A stretch of DNA of 14,750 bases from Candidatus Nanopusillus sp. (GTDB lineage: Archaea > Nanobdellota > Nanobdellia > Nanobdellales > Nanobdellaceae), in contig JAWDMD010000013.1 of the NCBI GenBank assembly GCA_046536775.1, positions 1-14,750 of the forward strand, written 5' to 3'. Made by a program: the position numbers and the translations under genes. The notes beneath the pieces were generated by a model. It made no database searches and was not told the DNA's origin. It was given only the letters and a program-made list of their open reading frames with translations. Shown piece after piece: positions 1 through 7,711 of this stretch. How positions within the stretch are numbered: the stretch's first letter is position 1; each line of letters opens with the position of its first letter.

Positions 1-59
1 TTTCTTCATTTTCATATAAAAAATAAAATCTTTTATAAAACAAAAAATAAAGAAATATT

Positions 60-665
60 ATGGAATTAAAAGATGCTATAAGAAATAGAAGAAGTATTAG
101 AAAATATTTAGATGAAGATATATCATATGAAGATATAATAGAAATATTATCTCTAGGGATATTGGCACCAATAGCCGGAAATATATCACATTATTATTTT
201 ATCATTGTAAAAGATCCTGAAAAAATAAGAAAAATCTCTGAATTTGCAGGTCAGGATTTTATAAAAGATGCAAATACATTAGTAGCTATCATATCTGATG
301 ATAATAAATTAAAATCATTATATGGAGAAAGAGGACAAATATTTGCAATACAAGATACTGCAGCAATAGCGGAAAATATATTATTAGCTGCTACTGATAA
401 AAATATTGGAACCTGTTGGATAGGTTCTTTTGATGAAGAAAGTATAAAAAATCTATTAGAAATACCAAAAGAGAAGAATATACATATTATAATTGCAATG
501 GGATATCCAGATGAAAAACCAAAAGAATCTATTAAACCAAATTTATATGATATAATATCATTTGAGAAGTGGGGAAACAAAGTATATAAACCACAATTTT
601 ATCCTTTGTTTAAAAATATAAAAGGTATAACAGATTATTTTAAGAGAGTATTTGAAAAAATATAA
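60..665 (+). CDS. Nitroreductase-family flavin oxidoreductase
   Basis: Complete 201-aa ORF. N-terminal RRSIRKY and central IGTCWIG segments fit the nitroreductase-fold family pattern (recalled, not searched). Stop TAA at 663-665 directly abuts the stop of the convergent gene. Confidence 0.8.
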   Translation: MELKDAIRNRRSIRKYLDEDISYEDIIEILSLGILAPIAGNISHYYFIIVKDPEKIRKISEFAGQDFIKDANTLVAIISDDNKLKSLYGERGQIFAIQDTAAIAENILLAATDKNIGTCWIGSFDEESIKNLLEIPKEKNIHIIIAMGYPDEKPKESIKPNLYDIISFEKWGNKVYKPQFYPLFKNIKGITDYFKRVFEKI

Positions 666-1502
666 CTATATTATTAATTTCTTTTCTACCAAACTTTGTT
701 GCGCTGGTTTTAATTTTGGTAATAATACATCAATCAATTCATCTATGAATTTTGCTAAGGATGGCGCATACAACCAAACAGCAACATCCATTGAAGATGG
801 AACCTCTTTTTCATCAAATAGCATCATTAATATTTCTTCAGAATCTATTGTAACAATTCTTCCTCTATAATCTCCAGAATCATATATTTCAACTACACTC
901 ATCAATTCTTGAACATATTTTGCATTTCCCTCATCTATTGGTGTTATAATCCTAACTGGTATCTGTCTTTCTCTTAATTCATAAAATATTGGCTTTAATG
1001 CAATCGCATCCCTAACAAACGTCAATTGGGTTGTAACAATATTTACGTGCTTTTGGGCTTCTTTTAACATTGATTCTAGATGACTTATTATATTTTGTTG
1101 TCCTCTTATTGCTCCGGATTTTTCAGAAACATCTATTGATCCGGCACCAGATTTATGCAATGTATCTAATTCTTTTATTAAATCAGAAGTTTTTACTTTT
1201 TCTAATTCATTAACTCTTCTCGACATGGTTTCTTCATATCTTCTTTTTACTCTTTCAACAACTTCTGTAGGTGGAACAGCAAGATATTTTATTGGTTTAC
1301 CAAGTTTCATGATTACAAATCCTTTCTTTTCCAATGATTCTAAAACATCATATGCCCTTGACCTTGGTATATCTGCAATATCTGCCAATTCTCCAGCAGT
1401 TGCAATACCTTTCATTAATAAGGCCAACCATATCCTAGCTTCATAAGTATTTAAATTAAAAGATGACTTTATCTTCTCTACAAGCTCTTCACTTATAACC
1501 AT
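666..1502 (-). CDS. TrmB-family transcriptional regulator (N-terminal winged helix plus C-terminal effector-type domain)
   Basis: 278-aa ORF. The N-terminus LNTYEARIWLALLMKGIATAGELADIADIPRSRAYDVLESLEKKGFV matches the TrmB HTH pattern. Stop codon (TAG, complement of 666-668) touches the nitroreductase stop. Confidence 0.75.
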   Translation of the reverse strand: MVISEELVEKIKSSFNLNTYEARIWLALLMKGIATAGELADIADIPRSRAYDVLESLEKKGFVIMKLGKPIKYLAVPPTEVVERVKRRYEETMSRRVNELEKVKTSDLIKELDTLHKSGAGSIDVSEKSGAIRGQQNIISHLESMLKEAQKHVNIVTTQLTFVRDAIALKPIFYELRERQIPVRIITPIDEGNAKYVQELMSVVEIYDSGDYRGRIVTIDSEEILMMLFDEKEVPSSMDVAVWLYAPSLAKFIDELIDVLLPKLKPAQQSLVEKKLII

Positions 1503-1537
1503 AATTTATCTATATAATAAAAAACTTAAAAATAGAA

Positions 1538-3232
1538 TTATCTTTTTTGGCTTTTATATAATTCTATCAACCTATCAATGGTATCAGCATCTTCAATAGA
1601 TTTATCAGGTCTGAGCCTAATAAACCTGGGAAACCTTAGTGCATAACCTGAAGAATATTTAGGACTTTTTTGTATTTCATCATACAATACTTCTATTACA
1701 ATTTTTGGTTTAACTTTTACATATTTTCCATTTTGTTCTTCTATAGAATCTTTTAACATTTCTGTCATTTCTTCAAAAGTTATATCATCTGGAAATTCTT
1801 TTTTCTCTTTGAATCCACTTCCAACTTCCCCAACTTCCAATAATTTTCCTGTTTCTTCATCTCTAACGGCAACTACAAAAGATGTTAGCCATCCACTTCT
1901 CTTTCCCTCCCCCCATTCAGCTCCAACTATTACAACATCTAAAGATTCTTTCACAGGTTTTAATTTAACCATATAACCAACCCTTCTCCCAGGATGATAT
2001 GGCGCATCTAATTTTTTAAACATGACTCCCTCTAAACCATTACTAATTGCCTCTTCAAAAAATCTTTGAGCTTCCTCATCTGAAGATGTTATTATACTTT
2101 CTGACAATGATATTTTATTTATATCCTGCTTTACTATTGATTCTAATATATTCCTTCTTTCTCTAAATGGTGTATTTATTAGAGATTTTTCGTCATAATA
2201 AATTATATCAAAAATTCTAACAACAACAGGTATTTCTTTAACCATTTTTTCTATATCATATTTTCTTCTAATTCTCCTTGAAATTCTCTGAAATGGCAAA
2301 TATTTTTTATTTTCTCTATCATATCCGACAATTTCTCCCTCCACTAAAAAATCCTTATCTTTTGGAAAACATTCTTTGATATATTCTATCACATCAGGAA
2401 ATTGTTTTGTTACATTTTCCAATCTCCTCGTCCATAAAGATATTTGATCTCCCTTTTTATGTATTTGAACCCTGAATCCATCATATTTATATTCAACCTG
2501 TGCGGGTCTTCCAACAACATCTAAAGCTTCCTTAGCACTTTCTGCTTTTATTGCTAGCATTACTCTAATTGGATTTCCCAATATTGGTTTTAATTTAAAT
2601 ACAACATCTTTTCCATTTTCTAAAATTTGCTTTACTAGTTCGCCAAAATCATTTAAAATCGAATATGCAATTTCTACATTTTCCGATGGTAAACCAAAAG
2701 ATACGGCTATAGAATCTATTATAATTCCTTCTCCAACCCCTATTTTCAAATCTTCTAATGTTAATCTCGCAATATATTTTGCTTCTACTGGCGATGATAA
2801 AATAAATAAATTAGCTAAATATTTAATCTTTTTATCTTGCGTTCCTTCTCCTTCCAATTCTCCTATCGTTCTAAAAGTATTATATACATCTTTTACAGTT
2901 AATTTCTTTGTAAATATTGACTTTTGCTTTCTTTCCATTACTAATTTCTCCGCAACCACCCCAAGATCTCCTGTTTTTACAAATAAACTTTCAATATAAT
3001 CTTTATCATAACCTGTAGCTAAAGATAAAGCTCTAATAGTAAATTTTTCAGCTATCCCTATATCTTTATCTTCCCAAGGATAAAAAATCATTCCTTGTAA
3101 TAACATAAATGTCTCTTTTAAAGAATCTTCATCTATTTCTTTAATAAATCTTGCCAATATCTCTGTTTTTTGATTTTTTTCAGAAATAGATTCCAATTTT
3201 CTAAATAACTCAGCCAGCTTTACAAACTCCAT
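1538..3232 (-). CDS. lig: ATP-dependent DNA ligase
   Basis: 564-aa ORF with adenylation motif I (EYKYDGFRVQIH, catalytic Lys in KYDG), EGVMFK and LKPV motifs. Length and N-terminal DNA-binding domain are typical of archaeal Lig. Confidence 0.95.
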   Translation of the reverse strand: MEFVKLAELFRKLESISEKNQKTEILARFIKEIDEDSLKETFMLLQGMIFYPWEDKDIGIAEKFTIRALSLATGYDKDYIESLFVKTGDLGVVAEKLVMERKQKSIFTKKLTVKDVYNTFRTIGELEGEGTQDKKIKYLANLFILSSPVEAKYIARLTLEDLKIGVGEGIIIDSIAVSFGLPSENVEIAYSILNDFGELVKQILENGKDVVFKLKPILGNPIRVMLAIKAESAKEALDVVGRPAQVEYKYDGFRVQIHKKGDQISLWTRRLENVTKQFPDVIEYIKECFPKDKDFLVEGEIVGYDRENKKYLPFQRISRRIRRKYDIEKMVKEIPVVVRIFDIIYYDEKSLINTPFRERRNILESIVKQDINKISLSESIITSSDEEAQRFFEEAISNGLEGVMFKKLDAPYHPGRRVGYMVKLKPVKESLDVVIVGAEWGEGKRSGWLTSFVVAVRDEETGKLLEVGEVGSGFKEKKEFPDDITFEEMTEMLKDSIEEQNGKYVKVKPKIVIEVLYDEIQKSPKYSSGYALRFPRFIRLRPDKSIEDADTIDRLIELYKSQKR

Positions 3233-3262
3233 AAAAAATATATAAAATTAAACTAAAAAAGT

Positions 3263-4348
3263 CTATTGTAGTACATCAATACCTAAATTTACATCTTTCC
3301 TTACTTTTGTTAATTCTCCAGATTCCCATTCTTCTTTCCATCTTCCTAATATATATGGACTCTTAACTCCAGATATAATGACTGTAACCTTTATCTTTCC
3401 TTTCATCTCCTCAGATTGTCTTGCACCCATTATTGTTAATGCATCTTCTCCAAGATGTTGTTTTACATATTCCATTGCTTCATTTATTTCATTCAATGTC
3501 ATATCTTGTCCACCTTCGATGTGTACTAATGCACCAGCTGCACCATTATAATCAACATCCAATAATGGTAATTCTAATGCCCTCTTTGCTGCAGTTAATG
3601 CTCTCTTTTCATCATCTGCAATTCCAATACCTACAATTGAAGCTCCGCCTACACCCAATACTGTCTTTACATCCGCGAAATCTAAATTAATATATGAGGC
3701 TTTATCAAATGTTTCTACTAAACCTTTTATCATTTGTCCTATTAGGTTATTTGCATATCCAAATGCCTGTGTAAATGGTAAATTACCAGCATATTGTAAT
3801 ATTTTGTTGTTATCAATTAATATGACATTATCAGTATACTTTCTTAATTGTGCTAAACCTTCTTCTGCTTTTTCTCTTCTTACTACACCCTCAGTATAGA
3901 AAGGCAATGTTGCAACTGCTACTACGAGTGGTACTCCAACTTCTTTCGCTACTTGTGCAATAACTGGTGCTCCTCCTGTACCAGTTCCTCCTCCCAAACC
4001 CAATAATATCCAAACCATATCTGCACCTTCCAATAATTTCCTTATATCTGATTGAGAAGATCTTGCAGCATCCATTCCTTTTGCTGGTAATCCACCAGCA
4101 CCTAATCCTCTTGTAACTTCTTTACCTAATAAAATCTTTTTATGAGACTTCACAATCTTTAAATGAGCATAGTCTGTATTTGCTGTAATTACTTCTGCGC
4201 CTTTTATATTCATCTTATATAACCAATCTGCCATGTTACTTCCAGCCCCACCTACACCCACTATCTTTATTGTTGGCAATAATTTAAACTCCTCCCCTGG
4301 CGATACTCCTATTATTTCATCTTCCATTTTACTATTAACCTCTGCCAT
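3263..4348 (-). CDS. ftsZ: Cell division GTPase FtsZ
   Basis: 361-aa ORF with GVGGAGSNM and the tubulin signature GLGGGTGTGGAPVIA. Met8 is an alternative start. Confidence 0.95.
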   Translation of the reverse strand: MAEVNSKMEDEIIGVSPGEEFKLLPTIKIVGVGGAGSNMADWLYKMNIKGAEVITANTDYAHLKIVKSHKKILLGKEVTRGLGAGGLPAKGMDAARSSQSDIRKLLEGADMVWILLGLGGGTGTGGAPVIAQVAKEVGVPLVVAVATLPFYTEGVVRREKAEEGLAQLRKYTDNVILIDNNKILQYAGNLPFTQAFGYANNLIGQMIKGLVETFDKASYINLDFADVKTVLGVGGASIVGIGIADDEKRALTAAKRALELPLLDVDYNGAAGALVHIEGGQDMTLNEINEAMEYVKQHLGEDALTIMGARQSEEMKGKIKVTVIISGVKSPYILGRWKEEWESGELTKVRKDVNLGIDVLQ

Positions 4349-4633
4349 TTATAGTTATGGAATTTTATATATTAAAAATATTTCTATAAAAAAATATCAT
4401 TTTTTGAAGATCTTAGTGAATTTTCATAAATTTAAGATAGTTTTTAACATAAAATAATAAATTATATAAATTATATAAACATCTAACAAATTTTTCTGAA
4501 TAGATAAAAAATCATGTTAAGATAATCATTAAAAGATAAATTTTTAAAAATTATATAGAGTATTGCTATTAAATAACTTATAAGATAAACAGAAAACATA
4601 AAGTTTATAAAAATTATTATAAATATTATTATT

Positions 4634-4927
4634 ATGAGGTTAGAATCTACCCTACCAATGTTTATATTACCAGCATTAATTATAGCAGCATCAATAGTAA
4701 CAACTACCCAATATTTATCAACGGATGTGATTCATATGGATTCAAATATTATAGCATATGCAGATTGTGCACAAAATATGATGAATTATGCATTTCTAGG
4801 ACAGGTTTATAATTTTTCTCAATGTTATTTGAATAGTACAAATCAAACATATGTAAATTGCTATTATAATTCAACAAACATTATATGCAATATAAATGGG
4901 ACCAATTATACTTATCCATTAGGATAA
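4634..4927 (+). CDS. Small membrane-anchored or secreted Cys/Asn/Tyr-rich protein (hypothetical)
   Basis: 97-aa ORF. Hydrophobic N-terminus (MRLESTLPMFILPALIIAASIV), then 4 Cys and 6 N-X-S/T sequons (NFS, NST, NQT, NST, NGT, NYT). No family recognised. It sits alone after a 285-nt AT-rich spacer. Confidence 0.5.
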   Translation: MRLESTLPMFILPALIIAASIVTTTQYLSTDVIHMDSNIIAYADCAQNMMNYAFLGQVYNFSQCYLNSTNQTYVNCYYNSTNIICNINGTNYTYPLG

Positions 4928-4980
4928 TTTTTGTTAATTTATAATAAAAAGTTAAAATATTTTTTTATATAAAATCTTTT

Positions 4981-6261
4981 ATGAAATATGCAAAGATAAA
5001 AACAAAGGATAATGAGGTATTTGAAGGTTATTTGGTAAATGAAACATCGGAATTTATAATAATAAAATTAAGAAATGGTTATAATATTGGGATAAAGAAT
5101 GAGGATATTTTAGAATTAAATAAAGAAGAAATAGAATCAAAATATGAAAATAGAGAATATAAAAAATTAGAAAGTAAGAATAATAAAATATCAATATTGG
5201 CTACTGGTGGAACAATATTATCGAAAATAGATTATAGAACTGGTGGAGTTCATATGTTAACTAAACCAGAAGAATTAATTGATCTTGCACCAGATCTATT
5301 AGATTATGTTGAAATTAAAAATATAGAAATACCTTTTTCAATTGCTTCAGAAGATATGCTACCAGATAATTGGATAGAAATTGGAAAAATATTAGTAAGG
5401 TTATTAAATGATGATATAAATGGAGTAACAGTATTACATGGAACTGATACAATGCATTATACATCTTCAGCGCTATCTTTTGTTGTAAAAAATTTAAATA
5501 AACCAGTTTCAATTACTGGATCTCAGAGATCTTCCGATAGACCATCTTCGGATGCTTTTTTTAATTTATTATCCTCTGCAGTGTATGATAATTCAGATAT
5601 AGCAGAAATAGCAGTTGTAATGCATGGAAGCAGTTCTGATAATTTTTCATATGCACATAGAGGAACAAAAGTTAGAAAAATGCATACAGAAAGAAGGGAC
5701 GCATTTCAATCAATAAATTCTTTACCATTAGCAAAGATATTCCCATATAATAAAGAGTTTGAAATAATTAACAATAATTATAGAAAAAGAAATAATAATA
5801 ATCCTTATTTAGATGATAAAATATGCAAAAAGGTTGCATTAATAAAGACATATCCTGGTTCAGATCCCGATATAATAAAATATTATGTAGATAAAAATTA
5901 CAGAGGAATTGTAATAGAAGGAACTGGTTTTGGACATGTACCAACAAATCCAACAGATAAAAAATATTCATGGATTGAAAATATAAAATATGGAATAGAA
6001 AAAGGTACAGTATTTGTTATGACATCCCAAACAATATTCGGAAGAACCAGTCCTTTTGTATATAGTAATGCAAGATTATTATATAATTTGGGAGTTATAT
6101 ATGCAGAAGATATGCATCCAGAGACAGCATATGTAAAATTAATGTATACTTTGGGACATACAGAAGATTATAATGAAGTTAAAAAAATATTTCTAACAAA
6201 TATTGCTGGAGAAATAAATGAAAAAAGTTCTTATGAATTCTTTAACCCTAATAAAGATTAA
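4981..6261 (+). CDS. gatD: Glutamyl-tRNA(Gln) amidotransferase subunit D
   Basis: 426-aa ORF. N-terminal small beta domain followed by an asparaginase-type domain with ILATGGTI and HGTDTMHYT motifs. Length fits archaeal GatD. Confidence 0.9.
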   Translation: MKYAKIKTKDNEVFEGYLVNETSEFIIIKLRNGYNIGIKNEDILELNKEEIESKYENREYKKLESKNNKISILATGGTILSKIDYRTGGVHMLTKPEELIDLAPDLLDYVEIKNIEIPFSIASEDMLPDNWIEIGKILVRLLNDDINGVTVLHGTDTMHYTSSALSFVVKNLNKPVSITGSQRSSDRPSSDAFFNLLSSAVYDNSDIAEIAVVMHGSSSDNFSYAHRGTKVRKMHTERRDAFQSINSLPLAKIFPYNKEFEIINNNYRKRNNNNPYLDDKICKKVALIKTYPGSDPDIIKYYVDKNYRGIVIEGTGFGHVPTNPTDKKYSWIENIKYGIEKGTVFVMTSQTIFGRTSPFVYSNARLLYNLGVIYAEDMHPETAYVKLMYTLGHTEDYNEVKKIFLTNIAGEINEKSSYEFFNPNKD

Positions 6262-6270
6262 AATTTTTTA

Positions 6271-6600
6271 TTAGTGCACAAAAGATCCTTCTTTTATGTC
6301 CCTATCAACCGTTAATAATGATAAATTACCATTTCCATCCTCTGCGGCTAGCAACATTCCTTGGGATTCTAATCCCCTAAAATTTTTTGGTTGTAGATTA
6401 TAAACAATTATTATTTTCTTATTTAATAATTCCTCCTTTTTATACCATTGTTTTATTCCAGATATAATTTGTTTTACTTCATTTCCCAAATCAACTTTTA
6501 ATATATATAATTTATCTGCGTTTGGATGATCTTGTACATCTATAACCCTTCCAACAACCAATTTTACTCTTGAGAATTCATCTATTGTTATATAATCCAT
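6271..6600 (-). CDS. Stand-alone tRNA-binding domain protein (Trbp111/CsaA/MetRS C-terminal-domain type)
   Basis: 109-aa ORF with GRVIDVQDHPNADKLYILKVDLG and GLESQGMLLAAED, the classic OB-fold tRNA_bind pattern. Confidence 0.8.
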   Translation of the reverse strand: MDYITIDEFSRVKLVVGRVIDVQDHPNADKLYILKVDLGNEVKQIISGIKQWYKKEELLNKKIIIVYNLQPKNFRGLESQGMLLAAEDGNGNLSLLTVDRDIKEGSFVH

Positions 6601-6629
6601 TTTAAAATTTTTTTATATAAACTTTATAA

Positions 6630-7571
6630 ATGGATCCTGTGAAAGATCTAAAAATAAACAAAGATATGAAAATAAGAGATTTAATCGAGCAATTTAAATA
6701 TATAGGTGGATTCCAAGGACAGGAATTATATGAAGGATATGAAATATTAAAAGAAATGCTAAATGATAAGAATACAATTAAAGTATTGAGTTTCCCTGCA
6801 GATATTATTGCAACTGGAACAAGAGGTATAATTAAGGATATTATTAAAAACAAGTTATTTGATATAGTTATTACAACAACTGGAACATTAGATCACGATA
6901 TTGCAAAATTAACAAAAGATTATTATTTAGGATATTTTGATTCCGACGATATAAAACTGAGGGAAGAAGGAATATTGAGGTTAGGAAATATTTATATACC
7001 AGAGGAAAATTATGGTATAGCAATTGAAAATACCTTAAGACCAATCTTGGATGATATATTTAAAGAATTAAAAAATAAAAATAAGAATTTAATATCTACT
7101 TATGAATTAATATTCGAAATTGGAAAAAGATTAGAAAAATTTGATAAAAAGGAAGAAAGTATAATATATTGGTCATATAAAAATAATATACCAATAATTG
7201 TACCTGGGATTACAGACGGTGCAGTTGGAACACAAATATTGATGAAAGAATATGATTATCCAGACATACAAGTATCTGTATGGGAAGATGAGAAATTTCT
7301 AGCATCAAAATTCTTTGGAGAGAAAAAAGTGGGAGCATTGATTTTAGGAGGAGGAATATCAAAACATCACACAATATGGTGGGCTCAATTTTCTGGAGGA
7401 TTGGAATATGCAGTATATATTAGTTCTGCAAATGAATTGGATGGGAGTTTATCTGGAGCAAAAACAAAAGAAGCAATAACTTGGAAAAAAATTAGAAAAA
7501 ACGCAAAGCATGTAAATATATGGGGAGATATAACAATTATATTGCCAATAATTATATCTGAATTTTTATAA
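6630..7571 (+). CDS. dys: Deoxyhypusine synthase
   Basis: 313-aa ORF with ITTTGTLDHDIAK, LRLGNIYIP and GGGISKHH segments characteristic of DHS. Met13 (6666) is a possible alternative start. Antisense ORFs 6602..6853 and 7385..7594 are shadows. Confidence 0.9.
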   Translation: MDPVKDLKINKDMKIRDLIEQFKYIGGFQGQELYEGYEILKEMLNDKNTIKVLSFPADIIATGTRGIIKDIIKNKLFDIVITTTGTLDHDIAKLTKDYYLGYFDSDDIKLREEGILRLGNIYIPEENYGIAIENTLRPILDDIFKELKNKNKNLISTYELIFEIGKRLEKFDKKEESIIYWSYKNNIPIIVPGITDGAVGTQILMKEYDYPDIQVSVWEDEKFLASKFFGEKKVGALILGGGISKHHTIWWAQFSGGLEYAVYISSANELDGSLSGAKTKEAITWKKIRKNAKHVNIWGDITIILPIIISEFL

Positions 7572-7620
7572 TCTGAATACCCTCTTTTCATCATTTTTCA
7601 GTCGACATCGATTTCTTCAT
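7572..7620 (-). ncRNA. C/D box sRNA (2'-O-methylation guide)
   Basis: The minus strand reads AUGAAGA (C, 7614-7620) / 12 nt AAUCGAUGUCGA (7602-7613) / CUGA (D', 7598-7601) / AAA / AUGAUGA (C', 7588-7594) / 12 nt AAAGAGGGUAUU (7576-7587) / CAGA (D variant, 7572-7575), 49 nt in total. Flanks 7622-7625 and 7567-7570 can form a 4-bp terminal stem. A TATA-like octamer lies 25-32 nt upstream. Confidence 0.75.
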
Positions 7621-7644
7621 ATATAATTTTATAATTCCATAAGG

Positions 7645-7652
7645 ATATATAA
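7645..7652 (-). promoter_or_regulatory. TATA-like octamer upstream of the C/D sRNA
   Basis: Minus strand TTATATAT lies 25-32 nt upstream of the C box, and the same octamer precedes tRNA-Ala. Caveat: TATA-like words are common in this AT-rich DNA. Confidence 0.35.
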
Positions 7653-7656
7653 TTAT

Positions 7657-7711
7657 TATCGCACCTCCTAATCGATGAAGGATTCCGAGTATGAGGCTGG
7701 TGATACCGCGG
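7657..7711. other. GC-rich island forming an imperfect hairpin; candidate structured RNA of unknown class
   Basis: About 29 of 52 bases are G/C by hand count, against an AT-rich background. Inner stem 7664-7674/7686-7696 has 9 of 11 positions paired, with an 11-nt loop. Outer stem 7657-7663/7698-7705 has 7 pairs including one G:U that exists only on the plus strand. Contains CACCUCC (plus) = GGAGGUG (minus) at 7662-7668. No ORF, tRNA or C/D box fit. Confidence 0.4.

Noticed and set aside
1-59. Possible gene ends at the left edge: plus frame 1 is open from base 1 to TAA 67-69, and minus-strand ATGAAAATGAAGAAA starts at base 15 and leaves the window
   Set aside because: Only 5-22 codons are visible. 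A stop-free run that short is expected by chance in this composition, so it cannot be supported.
4461-4478. Tandem duplication ATTATATAA x2 in the ftsZ upstream spacer
   Set aside because: It is a two-copy, all-A/T, TATA-like word in a 285-nt AT-rich divergent promoter region. That is indistinguishable from low-complexity background.
7385-7594. Listed 69-aa minus-strand ORF (MMKRGYSDYK...)
   Set aside because: Its ATGATG start is the C' box of the C/D sRNA and the rest is antisense to the well-supported dys gene. It is a shadow ORF.
7602-7613. D' spacer of the C/D sRNA as a guide for the 23S rRNA peptidyl-transferase region
   Set aside because: The spacer AAUCGAUGUCGA shares UCGAUGUCG with the conserved 23S segment ...CACCUCGAUGUCGGCUC... 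(recalled from E. coli). The match is in the same sense, not antisense, so it cannot form a guide-target duplex. I treat it as coincidence until checked against this organism's rRNA.
7657-7711. GC-rich island as a split-tRNA half, an intron-containing tRNA, or an H/ACA guide RNA
   Set aside because: Neither strand has a T arm (GGUUCRAAUCC) or a D arm with GG. No anticodon stem closes around the CAU or other triplets I tried. The hairpin has no internal pseudouridylation pocket, no K-turn, and no ACA/ANA box correctly placed after the stem. It is therefore left unclassified.
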